From a bacterium (lineage in GTDB: Bacteria > Patescibacteriota > Microgenomatia > Curtissbacterales > GWA2-41-24), in contig JAKAJD010000003.1 in the NCBI GenBank assembly GCA_021813945.1, positions 1 through 43,192 on the forward strand: a DNA stretch of 43,192 nucleotides, written 5' to 3'. The position numbers were made by a program, and so were the translations under genes. Of the stretch, positions 34,767 through 43,192 are shown piece by piece. How positions within the stretch are numbered: the first letter of the stretch is position 1; each line of letters starts with the position of its first letter. Below the pieces are notes generated by a model. It made no database searches, had not been told where the DNA came from, and saw only the letters and a list, made by a program, of their open reading frames with translations.

Positions 34767-34848
34767 CCCAAAAATAACCACTTGACATTCGGGTTTGTTT
34801 CGGGTATTGTTAATTAGGATAAGAGATTTGAGGGGAGGTGAAGAGAGA

Positions 34849-35100
34849 ATGGACGAGAAGAAGAATAAAAAATCGGATTTTTCTAAAAACCGCGTTAAAT
34901 CTTCAATTTTAAAAGCCCAAGGCAAAACTTTTTTCTTTGACGTAAATGTTTCCGAAAGTGACAGAAAATATTTGAAAATCACGGAATCGAGGTTTATGGG
35001 CGAGGGAAAGGACCACGTGAGAAATTCCGTGGTTTTATTTGCCGATAATATTGATGCTTTTCAAAATAGTTTGCGAGAAATCTCCGCTTATTTGAGGTGA
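34849..35100 (+). CDS. DUF3276/PUR-like nucleic-acid-binding protein (start reassigned to ATG 34849)
   Basis: KAQGKTFFFDV...YLKITESR...RNSVVLF.D; SD GGAGGTG. Confidence 0.8.
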   Translation: MDEKKNKKSDFSKNRVKSSILKAQGKTFFFDVNVSESDRKYLKITESRFMGEGKDHVRNSVVLFADNIDAFQNSLREISAYLR

Positions 35101-35145
35101 AGGCACTAAGCGCGGCCGGCCGCGTGGACGTATATAATAGTTAAT

Positions 35146-37002
35146 GTGAGCCTCGGGACGAAGTTTTTAAAATCTCCATTACGTGAATATTTTATTGTTG
35201 GGTTAGTATTTCTAGGATTTCTGATATTTTTTGTTTCTGGTAATCAGTTTTTGCTTCTTTGTGCTGCTGCTTTAGGATCTATTCCGACGTTTTGGAATGC
35301 TTTTTTAGCACTTTCAAAAAGGCATATAAGCATTGAAGTTTTTAATTCTTTTGCTTTAGGGGTCTCTTTTCTGCTGAAAAGCTATGAATCGGCTGGGTTT
35401 ATAGTTTTGATGCTTTCTTTTGCTGCGGTTTTAGATTGGTACACTCAAAGCCGGGCCAATCGAGCGGTTGAGGAGCTTTTAAAACTAAAACCGCTTAGAG
35501 CTTTTTGCGAAAAAGGCTCAAGCCTAATTGAGGTTTCTGTAGACCAGTTAAAAGTTGGAGATGTGGTTGTTGTAAAAAGCGGTGAGCGGATTCCGGTTGA
35601 TGGTCTGGTGGTTTTTGGTAAGGCCGAGGTTAACCAATCTTCGATTAGCGGAGAATCGGTGCCGGTTGAAAAAGTCGTGGGTGATGAGGTTTTAAGCTCG
35701 ACTCTCAATGAGTCTGGAATTTTGAAAGTCAAAGCAACAAGGGTTGGGAAAGACTCAACACTCGAGCGAATGGCAGCTTTGGTGGCTGATGCTTCAAAAC
35801 ATAAGTCTAGAATGATGAAGCTGGCTGACAGGTTTGCCGGGATATTCTTGCCGATCGTTCTTTTGACAGGTGTTTTGGTCTATTTAATAACAAAAAATAT
35901 CGAAATGACTGCCGCTTTGTTTTTGGTTGCCTGCGCTGATGATATGGCTGTTGCAATTCCACTGGCGATGACGATGGCTTTAGGAAGAGCGGCAAAGAGG
36001 GGTGTAATTGTTAAGGGAGGGGAGTGGTTTGATGCGCTTTCAAAGCTAAAAATTTTGGTTCTGGATAAAACTGGAACTTTAACTTACGGGAGTCTCCAGG
36101 TTAAGGACGTCAGTTTGGAAAATGCCGTGGATGAGAAGTTGTTTTGGAAAATGGTTAGTCAGGCGGAAAGATATTCAGAACATCCAGTTGGAAGAGCAAT
36201 TTATAAGGAAGCTGCTTTGAAAGCTGATAATCCCGGAGAACCTGATGATTTCCAAATTTATGCAGGGAGCGGAGTTTGGGTTAAATCAAAAGGCAACGAA
36301 GTTCTTATTGGCAATTCAAAGATTTTGGAAAATACTCATTTCAAGGCAGATTCTAAACTAAAAAAGAAAATTCTTGCTAAATTTTCCAACCTAGCGGACG
36401 GAACGCAATCCGCAGTTTTGGTAATTATTAACAATAAGCTTTCAGGTTGGATTTGTGTTGCTGATACAGTTCGAGTAGAGGCAAAAGAAAGTATTGCCAA
36501 AATTAAAGAGGCTGGAGTTTCTAGGGTTCTAATGTTTACAGGGGACAACAGGAAGGTGGCACAATCTGTTTGTCAAACGTTAGGAATTACCGAATATGAA
36601 GCAGATATGAAGCCTGAGAGCAAACTGGATCAGTTGGCTAAGCTTTCCAAAGAAGGAGCGGTTGGAATGATTGGGGACGGAATCAACGATGCGCCGGCTT
36701 TGGCGCGGGCTGATGTTGGGATTGCTATGGGCGGAGAAGGAACAGCAGTTGCGGTAGAGGCGGCTGATGTTGTCATTTTGACGGACGATTTGTCGAGGCT
36801 TCCTGAAGTGATTAACCTTGGAAGGCGGACAATTTCTGTTATTCGAGGCGACATCGTGATTTGGGCGGTAACCAATGCCATTGGCTTTGCGCTTGTTTTG
36901 AGCGGTTTTGCAGGGCTGTCGATTGCGGCTTTTTATAATTTTGCAACTGATTTTTTACCACTTTTCAATTCGACCAGGTTGTTTAGCCGCGAGCGGCGTT
37001 GA
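35146..37002 (+). CDS. P1B-type heavy-metal ATPase with atypical membrane motif
   Basis: SGES, DKTGT, SEHP, TGDN, GDGINDAPAL; ACADD in place of CPC; no N-terminal metal-binding domain. Confidence 0.93.
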   Translation: MSLGTKFLKSPLREYFIVGLVFLGFLIFFVSGNQFLLLCAAALGSIPTFWNAFLALSKRHISIEVFNSFALGVSFLLKSYESAGFIVLMLSFAAVLDWYTQSRANRAVEELLKLKPLRAFCEKGSSLIEVSVDQLKVGDVVVVKSGERIPVDGLVVFGKAEVNQSSISGESVPVEKVVGDEVLSSTLNESGILKVKATRVGKDSTLERMAALVADASKHKSRMMKLADRFAGIFLPIVLLTGVLVYLITKNIEMTAALFLVACADDMAVAIPLAMTMALGRAAKRGVIVKGGEWFDALSKLKILVLDKTGTLTYGSLQVKDVSLENAVDEKLFWKMVSQAERYSEHPVGRAIYKEAALKADNPGEPDDFQIYAGSGVWVKSKGNEVLIGNSKILENTHFKADSKLKKKILAKFSNLADGTQSAVLVIINNKLSGWICVADTVRVEAKESIAKIKEAGVSRVLMFTGDNRKVAQSVCQTLGITEYEADMKPESKLDQLAKLSKEGAVGMIGDGINDAPALARADVGIAMGGEGTAVAVEAADVVILTDDLSRLPEVINLGRRTISVIRGDIVIWAVTNAIGFALVLSGFAGLSIAAFYNFATDFLPLFNSTRLFSRERR

Positions 37003-37036
37003 CCTTTTTTTCTTTTTAGGTTAAGTTGTAGTTCAT

Positions 37037-37855
37037 ATGATTAAAGTCGATTACACGCCAATTATTGAGAAAGTCGCTTCGCACGGTTTGAAGATAATTA
37101 TTATTATTGCCGGAGTTATCGTTTCCCAGATGGTTTTAAAAAGAGCGCTGCCTAAACTTTTGGCACTTTCGGAAAAGCGTGTAGGGGAAAGACAAGACGA
37201 ATTTAGAAAGCGTGTACGAACGCTTGGTTCTGTTATAGCTAACGCGGTTACGGTGGTTTTGATGGTTATAGGGGGACTGATGATTCTTTCTGAAGTCGGA
37301 ATCGATATTTTCCCGCTTTTGACTGGTGCCGGTTTAGTCGGTTTGGCCTTTGGATTTGGAGCGCAGAATTTGGTGAGGGATTTAATTGCGGGATTTTTCA
37401 TTTTGTTGGAAAACCAATATAGAAAAGGTGATGTTGTCAAAATTGCTGGTGTTGAGGGTTTGGTTGAGGATGTCAATTTGAGACGCACAATTTTGAGGGA
37501 TCTTGATGGTACTGTGCATTCAATTCCTAACGGTGCAATTACCGTTGCTTCCAATTACAGTTTGGGTTTTTCCAGAGTTAATTTAGATGTGCCTATTGCC
37601 TACGATAGTGATGTTGATAAGGCGATAACAATCCTAAATAAAATAGGAGAGGGTATCGCCAAGGATAAGCAATTTGGCGAATTTGTCATTAAGACCCCAC
37701 AGGTTTTGGGAGTTGATGCATTTGGAGAGCGTGGTCTGGAAATCAGATTTTTGGGCGACACAAAACCGATTAAGCAATGGGTGGTTGCAAGGGAGCTTAG
37801 GCGCAGGATAAAGGTAGAATTCGACAAAGCAAAAATAGAAATTCCACACGCATAG
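37037..37855 (+). CDS. MscS-family mechanosensitive channel
   Basis: GAGLVGLAFGFGAQNLVRDLIAG...GDVV...VEDVNLRRT...G....IPNG. Confidence 0.95.
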   Translation: MIKVDYTPIIEKVASHGLKIIIIIAGVIVSQMVLKRALPKLLALSEKRVGERQDEFRKRVRTLGSVIANAVTVVLMVIGGLMILSEVGIDIFPLLTGAGLVGLAFGFGAQNLVRDLIAGFFILLENQYRKGDVVKIAGVEGLVEDVNLRRTILRDLDGTVHSIPNGAITVASNYSLGFSRVNLDVPIAYDSDVDKAITILNKIGEGIAKDKQFGEFVIKTPQVLGVDAFGERGLEIRFLGDTKPIKQWVVARELRRRIKVEFDKAKIEIPHA

Positions 37856-37897
37856 AGTCTGCTTGACGAGGCTTGCTTGGTCAGTTTATAAAGGAGA

Positions 37898-38893
37898 GTG
37901 GTGACCAAAAAAGGTTTTATTCAGTTTCTCCCCTTGTTTGCAATCGCGATTGTTTTAATAGGGACAGTCGCAAGCCTCTCTGTTTATCAGCAAAATTCAC
38001 AGAAGGCAGCTGTTGGTAAAGTCCTTTCGGACCGATCTGGAAGCGATGATAATGGAGGCGACCATGGCGGAAGCTCTGGGGAGTCAGGGGGAAGTTCTCA
38101 GCAGTCTTCAGGTGGAGACCAAAAGCCAAGTACTTCAAATTCAAACAAGTCAGAAGTAAAGAATGTATCCGAGGGAGAAAACAAAGTAGAAAAACCGGAG
38201 AAGGTCGAGATTAAACAGCCTGAGTTTAAGCAGGAAGTGCATCAGGAGACAAGTGAGGCAAGCGGTTCGGCTAAATTTGAAAGTAAATTTGAGAATGGAA
38301 ATTTAAAGATTGAAATCAAGGTGGAGGACGGCAAAGTCGTGACGAAAGTCCACGACGAAAACGGACGCGAAGTCGAGATTGAGGCTAGTGACGAAGCTAA
38401 GCTTACACATGAGGCGGATAGTGTACTGGAAAAAGAGGATATCGAAATTGCCACAGGTTCTGCTGAGCCAGGATTTGTTCATAAAGGAGAAAAAGTAAGG
38501 ACTAACTTTCCACTTTCGGTTAATCCCACAACAGGCCAGTTGTTTGTAACTACGCCGGCTGGGACAAAAGTAGTTGCAATTTTGCCTGCTGTTGCAATTG
38601 AAAACATGATTAGGGCGGGTGTTATAACAACTGTTAGTGGTGGTGTATCTAACCCTCCAGGTGGAACTGGATCGGCGACACAAGTGGCTTCTGTTTTAGG
38701 TGCGGCTACCGAGCTGACGACTGACGGGAAGGGAAATCTTGTTTACAAAATAAGCGGTGAGAAAAGTAAGCACTTTTTGGGAATTTTGCCGGTTAATCTT
38801 AATGTGACAGCTGTCGTTTCTGCTGAAAATGGACAACTCATTTCTACCCAGGAAAGCCTCTTTGCAAGGCTTTTGGATTTGGTTTCCTTCTAG
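37898..38893 (+). CDS. Membrane-anchored surface protein with Ser/Gly- and Glu/Lys-rich linker
   Basis: N-terminal hydrophobic anchor, low-complexity linker, C-terminal TNFPLSVNP...TTPAG domain. Confidence 0.8.
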   Translation: MVTKKGFIQFLPLFAIAIVLIGTVASLSVYQQNSQKAAVGKVLSDRSGSDDNGGDHGGSSGESGGSSQQSSGGDQKPSTSNSNKSEVKNVSEGENKVEKPEKVEIKQPEFKQEVHQETSEASGSAKFESKFENGNLKIEIKVEDGKVVTKVHDENGREVEIEASDEAKLTHEADSVLEKEDIEIATGSAEPGFVHKGEKVRTNFPLSVNPTTGQLFVTTPAGTKVVAILPAVAIENMIRAGVITTVSGGVSNPPGGTGSATQVASVLGAATELTTDGKGNLVYKISGEKSKHFLGILPVNLNVTAVVSAENGQLISTQESLFARLLDLVSF

Positions 38894-38954
38894 TCTATTG
38901 ACACTTTTTGCAATAAGTGGATTAATTTAATGTATTCCTGCAATTGCAGGCAAA

Positions 38955-39152
38955 GTGATTGAGGCTAAAGAGAGAGCCGCTATTTTTTCTTCCAAACCCT
39001 TTGGTCAGGGAACTGCATTAGAGTCAAGCTTAAGAGAAACACTTTTAGCCTCCTCGCCAGATTTTTATTCAAATGATGGCAAAATATTTCCGATTGATGG
39101 CTTAACTGAATATGTTGTGGATAGGAGGGTTATAGATGAGCGGCGGTCTTGA
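38955..39152 (+). CDS. Small hypothetical protein
   Basis: 65-aa ORF after a TTGACA-type promoter; overlaps the next start. Confidence 0.4.
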   Translation: MIEAKERAAIFSSKPFGQGTALESSLRETLLASSPDFYSNDGKIFPIDGLTEYVVDRRVIDERRS

Positions 39153-40029
39153 AAGGACAGTTGTTTCGCCAGGCGATCCGCTGGCGGGTAAAAGGGTAGG
39201 ATGGGAAGAGGCAAGCAGGGCTTCTGAACTACTAGATACCGTAGAAGGTAACGCCCATTTGGAGTTTTTGGATCAACTGCCAAAAGGTTTACTGCAGCAT
39301 ATCATCAAGGAATCCAAAAGACCCTTGGTGAAACGCTTGATTGAGGCTGCGATGGTTGCGAATGATGCTGCTTTAGCCCTGATTGAAGCAGATAACTTCC
39401 GACGTGATCCATATAAAGGAGCAGATATGTATAGAAGGGGAGGGTCGACAGTTGTGGTTGGGACTGGGTTTGGAGCTCTCGGAACATGGTATGAGCCTAC
39501 TGAAACTTTTCTTACAAATGCTGGCCATCGGGTAGTAATTTTTGGTGAAGACGAGTTCAATTTGAGGCCACTTGAACATCAAGTGCCCGAATTTGTGGCT
39601 TTTGTGAGGGATCAGGCACAAATCGCTGGTGATAAGGTTGATCTCTGGATGCACAGCAAGTCTGGTTTATTAGCTTATGGTGCACATTTACTGCACACCA
39701 GGGATATGGTTGATAATGTGAACCATGTTGTCGACGTCGGGACCGGTTTAACTCATTGGGTCAACCCTTTAATTTTAGGTGGGTATTATGGAAGCCAGCT
39801 TGCTTTTAGCGGCAATGATTTTGAATGGGCCCGAAAACTTAAGGGCTATGCGAAGTCCGCTCGAATGGACGGTTTGAAGGTAACAACGATTTCCAGAAAA
39901 GACGATGATCCTGTTATGAGAGGTGACCCCTTTGGAGATAAGCACATTCCGATAACCGGTTCACATATAGGTAATGGGTGGTCACTTGAGACAATGCGCT
40001 TGGGTGAGCAGGCCTTAAGGGCTGCATAG
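39136..40029 (+). CDS. Alpha/beta-hydrolase-fold protein (lipase/esterase-like)
   Basis: VDLWMHSKSG nucleophile-elbow variant, VVVGTGF oxyanion region, DDPV Asp, GSHIG His. Confidence 0.65.
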   Translation: MSGGLERTVVSPGDPLAGKRVGWEEASRASELLDTVEGNAHLEFLDQLPKGLLQHIIKESKRPLVKRLIEAAMVANDAALALIEADNFRRDPYKGADMYRRGGSTVVVGTGFGALGTWYEPTETFLTNAGHRVVIFGEDEFNLRPLEHQVPEFVAFVRDQAQIAGDKVDLWMHSKSGLLAYGAHLLHTRDMVDNVNHVVDVGTGLTHWVNPLILGGYYGSQLAFSGNDFEWARKLKGYAKSARMDGLKVTTISRKDDDPVMRGDPFGDKHIPITGSHIGNGWSLETMRLGEQALRAA

Positions 40030-40131
40030 TAAGACCAAAGCTATTATGTCCAAAATTTTAAGGGATTTTGGGAAGAGTTCACAGTATGTGGCAGTTTTTA
40101 TTCTGCTATATTTGAAGCCGTTTCAGTTAAA

Positions 40132-40596
40132 TTAGTTGATTTGCCCGGCCTGCATTAAATTCCTTCTTTCCATTTCGATATTTGCCTTTTCAACATTTAG
40201 ACCTTCTCTGGCAGACATGGCAATTCCTTCCACTAAGCTTCTTATTTTATAGACGTCTTTTCGTGGCAAAAGTTCCACGCAGATTTGGGGACCTCCAGTT
40301 AAACTTTGAACGTGAATATGCCCAAAGAAAGGCCCGCTTGCTGCGTTAACGCAGGCAATATCTGTTGCCATTATGGAAACGATCTCATACGACCATGGCC
40401 CGAATCTTTTGAACCAGACGATTCGAAGCTCTTCGACGATTATTTCATCCGGGAAAAGCCTTAACGGGAAAATCTGGCGGGATCTGGCCAGAATTCTCGA
40501 TTGGCTGTTAGGTGTAATTTCCGCCTTGCCGGTGCCGTTTTTTAATCTCGTTGCCCGGTCAAGACGCCAAGAGTCGCTTAGTGCTAGGTAGTTCAT
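40132..40596 (-). CDS. Hypothetical protein, PH-like fold
   Basis: LFPDEIIVEELRIVW...SI...DIACV...GPFFGHIHV pattern. Confidence 0.65.
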   Translation of the reverse strand: MNYLALSDSWRLDRATRLKNGTGKAEITPNSQSRILARSRQIFPLRLFPDEIIVEELRIVWFKRFGPWSYEIVSIMATDIACVNAASGPFFGHIHVQSLTGGPQICVELLPRKDVYKIRSLVEGIAMSAREGLNVEKANIEMERRNLMQAGQIN

Positions 40597-41039
40597 TTTT
40601 TCACCCCCTTTCCATTTGAATTTTGCTCGTCAATTTTTCGGGAAAGCTTATTCACAGCTGAGGTGAAGGCTTTATATTCATCTTTTGTAAGGCTCGCTTT
40701 GACAAGGCTTTCTAGTTGAAACGCCTGTCTTTTAACTTTTTGAGCTTCCGTTTTGCCGAGTGGAGTTAATTTTATTTGATAGGCTCTTCTACTTTGGGGG
40801 TGGGTGTGGCGACGGACTAGCTTTAGCTTTTCGAGCTCGTCGACCAATGTTACAACAGAGGGAGGCTTTAAATGCAGACTTCGGGCAATATCGATTTGGC
40901 TTGTTTTTTCTTGGGAGTCGAGGATTAAAAGAGTAGAGGCTTGGGAGTTAGATAGGCTGTTTACTTGGGCATTCAGCCCAATATTGTTTTGTAACTTTTT
41001 AGAAAGTCCAATCACATGGAAAACAAGAGTATGTTTCAA
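40593..41039 (-). CDS. MarR-family regulator
   Basis: SQIDIARSL....PSVVTLVDELEK..LVRR......RRAYQIKLTPLG. Confidence 0.92.
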   Translation of the reverse strand: MKHTLVFHVIGLSKKLQNNIGLNAQVNSLSNSQASTLLILDSQEKTSQIDIARSLHLKPPSVVTLVDELEKLKLVRRHTHPQSRRAYQIKLTPLGKTEAQKVKRQAFQLESLVKASLTKDEYKAFTSAVNKLSRKIDEQNSNGKGVKK

Positions 41040-41069
41040 ATTGCTGCCCCTCCCTTGTTAACCTGATTG

Positions 41070-41096
41070 TTAGAATTCTAATTATTAGATATCTAA
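41070..41096. promoter_or_regulatory. Tandem palindromic operators, probably MarR sites
   Basis: TTAGAATTCTAA (41070-81) and TTAGATATCTAA (41085-96), both perfect 12-bp palindromes 15 bp apart. Confidence 0.75.
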
Positions 41097-41231
41097 CATT
41101 GGTTTACGCAATGAGATCTTATCGCATGGAAATAGATTTGTCAATAAAACTTATAGAAAATAGTTTTAATTCTGATAGATTCTGATTTGACAACTTATAA
41201 TAAAAGTTATATAATTCGCGGGCTTTGTTTT

Positions 41232-42536
41232 ATGAAAAATAGACATCTAAAGGTTGTTTTACCTCTTTTAAGCGGAATAGGGCTTGCTGTTTTTGCGGCT
41301 TTTAATGTAATGGCGAGTGTCGATTCTATTAGTGCTTCGCAGTTTTCTCAATTTTGTGCAGCAAATTCGACTACTTGTAAAAAGGTAGATTTTTCCGGAG
41401 CAACAAGCGGCTCTGTAGCATGTCCTTCAAATGGTCAAGAAGTGAAAAATGTTTATGTTCATGCTGGCGATGGCCAAACGGTATACAAGCTGCCGGAGCA
41501 GGGATTTGATTATGCAATAAACGGTAGTTCGGCACTGGTTACTGAAGAAGGTTTTCCACACGATATTAGTTGGGTTGCGGTAGATTGCAAAAACAGCGAG
41601 ACTGCAAGTCCAACGCCGTCTCCTACAGCTATTGCGACACCAACACCGACACCAACACCAACACCGACACCTACGCCTCAGGCAACGGCCACTCCTACAC
41701 CAACGCCTACGCCTCAGGGAAATTCAGGATCCATAACTGTTTGTAAGGTTATTGTGGATTCAAATGGAAATGTGACAGACGGATCTTCTACTCCAGGTGT
41801 AACCTTTTCTATTTCAGGTCTGAAGCCTGTTTTTAACAGCGGTGAAGGCCCAGGTGGTGTTTTGCCTAATACGACTTTTACAACGCCACTTAGCTTGAAT
41901 GCGAAGGTTTTACCAAACAGCAGTGGTAACGACGCAAAATGCGTTAAGTACAGTAATCTGGCAACAGGGGACTACTTTTATTCTCAGGAAACAATCAGTT
42001 CGGGAAGCGGTTGGCAAACACCCAAGTATAATGACCAGTTTAACTCAACCATTCAAGGTCTGAGCAACTTTTCCCCTTATGACAATGGGAATTTTATAAA
42101 TGGTTCTTCCAACAATAAGGATTCAGATGGCTTAATTATTCTCCAGAATGAAAGGCCAAATCGAACGTTGGTTATTTTGAACACGATGAATGTTTCGGCA
42201 ACGCCGACGCCGACACCAACACCGACACCGACACCAACACCGACACCAACACCTGAGGTTGTTAGCAATAATCAGAGCCAAAGCCAAACACAAAATAATA
42301 ACCAAACGGTTAACGTCACCGTACAAGGATCAGTTTTGGGTGCCAGTACACCTACAAAACAACCCGACACTGGTGTATCAGTTTTAGGTTTGGCATCGGT
42401 GTTTTCAGCTGCTCCATTTGGTCTTTTCCTTGCGAAATTTGGACGAGGAAAAGCTGTTTATAAGAAAAAAGAAGAACTAGGCGAATACGCCAGTGGACTC
42501 TTTAATAAAAGAAACAAGGGGCTTGACAACTTATAA
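41232..42536 (+). CDS. Secreted surface protein with Pro-Thr linkers and LPxTG-like C-terminal signal (start reassigned to ATG 41232)
   Basis: Signal peptide, two Cys-containing domains, (PT)n linkers, QPDTG followed by a hydrophobic segment and basic tail. Confidence 0.85.
   Translation: MKNRHLKVVLPLLSGIGLAVFAAFNVMASVDSISASQFSQFCAANSTTCKKVDFSGATSGSVACPSNGQEVKNVYVHAGDGQTVYKLPEQGFDYAINGSSALVTEEGFPHDISWVAVDCKNSETASPTPSPTAIATPTPTPTPTPTPTPQATATPTPTPTPQGNSGSITVCKVIVDSNGNVTDGSSTPGVTFSISGLKPVFNSGEGPGGVLPNTTFTTPLSLNAKVLPNSSGNDAKCVKYSNLATGDYFYSQETISSGSGWQTPKYNDQFNSTIQGLSNFSPYDNGNFINGSSNNKDSDGLIILQNERPNRTLVILNTMNVSATPTPTPTPTPTPTPTPTPEVVSNNQSQSQTQNNNQTVNVTVQGSVLGASTPTKQPDTGVSVLGLASVFSAAPFGLFLAKFGRGKAVYKKKEELGEYASGLFNKRNKGLDNL
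41608..41712 (+). repeat. Pro-Thr coding repeat 1
   Basis: ACACCA/ACACCG/ACGCCT hexamer repeats. Confidence 0.8.
42199..42254 (+). repeat. Pro-Thr coding repeat 2
   Basis: ACGCCG/ACACCA/ACACCG hexamer repeats. Confidence 0.8.
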
Positions 42537-42607
42537 TAAGTACTATAAAATGCGCAAACTGTATCAAACTGTCTCCTTGCCCCTTTAAGAAAAATCTGCC
42601 AAATTAA

Positions 42608-43192
42608 ATGATCGGAAGATATTTGAAAGTCTTCCTGCCCGTAATAGCAGTCTTTATGCTGCTTGCTTTTGGCGTCTCTGCTAAAAGTGTTTTTGCTTCA
42701 CAAAATCCTGGTTCAATTTCAATTTGTAAGATTATAATTGATCAAAACGGCAATGTTGTAGACGGTTCGCAAGCCTCTGGCGCAACCTTTGCTATAAATG
42801 GCTTGTCACAGATTTTTAACAGCGGTGAAGGCCCGGGTGGAGTCTTGCCTAACACGTCTTTTGCGACCCCTCTAACTTTAAATACAAAGATTTTATCGAC
42901 AAGTAACGGGAACGACGCTTCTTGTGTTACATACCACAACTTGGCAACTGGGGATTACTTTTATTCCCAAGAGTCAATTAGCGGAGCGGGGAGTTGGGCT
43001 ACACCAAAATATAATGACCAGTTTGACCATTCAGTTGTAAGTCTTTCTGATTTCTTTTCCTATGACAACAGACTTTTTGATTCTGACAAGTCGAATGATG
43101 ACGCAAGGAATAAAAACGCGGACGGCCACATAATTTTACAGGTCGAAAGGCCAAATAGGACTCTTGTAGTTCTCAACCAAATACAATCAAGC
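42608..43192 (+). CDS. Secreted surface protein, partial (runs off the window end; not in ORF track)
   Basis: MIGRYLKVFLPVIAVFMLLAFGVSAKSVFASQNPGSISICKIIIDQNGNVVDGS...PKYNDQF...ERPNRTLVVLN; paralogous to the second domain of 41232-42536. Confidence 0.85.
   Translation, partial: MIGRYLKVFLPVIAVFMLLAFGVSAKSVFASQNPGSISICKIIIDQNGNVVDGSQASGATFAINGLSQIFNSGEGPGGVLPNTSFATPLTLNTKILSTSNGNDASCVTYHNLATGDYFYSQESISGAGSWATPKYNDQFDHSVVSLSDFFSYDNRLFDSDKSNDDARNKNADGHIILQVERPNRTLVVLNQIQSS

Noticed and set aside
34784-34805. GACATTCGGGT and a TTCGGGT direct repeat as another copy of the element B motif
   Set aside because: Only a partial match with an indel; overlaps a plain TTGACA -35 box in host DNA.
41608-42254. 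Short tandem repeats as a CRISPR array or VNTR element
   Set aside because: They are in-frame Pro-Thr linker codons with no unique spacers; no cas genes in the window.
166-43192. Numerous ORF-track entries antisense to or nested in supported genes (e.g. 166-522, 7176-7415, 9787-10242, 25027-25326, 34398-34982, 37051-37554, 42742-42939)
   Set aside because: They shadow motif-bearing genes on the other strand or frame and have no recognisable domains or SD sequences.

Overview
AT-rich bacterial window with the hallmarks of a Patescibacteria (CPR, probably Microgenomates-type) chromosome; the taxonomy is inferred from gene families, not proven. Bases 54-125 are tRNA-Asn(GTT). It is followed by two tandem integrative elements, A (~125-7131) and B (~7132-17683). 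Each is led by a large serine recombinase (LSR) reading toward the tRNA, and the boundaries are three co-oriented GAGC cores at 123, 7130 and 17682. The crossover lies inside the recombinase reading frame, so integration swaps the recombinase C-terminal tails. The elements share a paralogous backbone (hypothetical - DUF5659 - 47-aa microprotein - Rep-like gene(s) - LSR). Each has a small HTH regulator whose candidate operators lie upstream of both its own gene and the LSR gene, and each carries defence-like cargo (LexA-like repressor/DUF2188/Schlafen-AlbA in A; SDR/Mrr-like nuclease/725-aa protein in B). After attR the host sequence resumes with a structured repeat plus GIY-YIG gene and a doubly frameshifted membrane gene. 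A long run of stress, detoxification, envelope and surface genes follows. It includes a GAF-ANTAR protein with two recognisable ANTAR dual-hairpin attenuators in the same gene cluster, duplicated CxxCxC microproteins behind an ArsR gene, a P1B ATPase with a CAD-for-CPC membrane motif, and two paralogous surface proteins divergent from a MarR gene. No CRISPR array, rRNA or IS transposase was seen. All assignments are by eye from motifs; no database searches were run.
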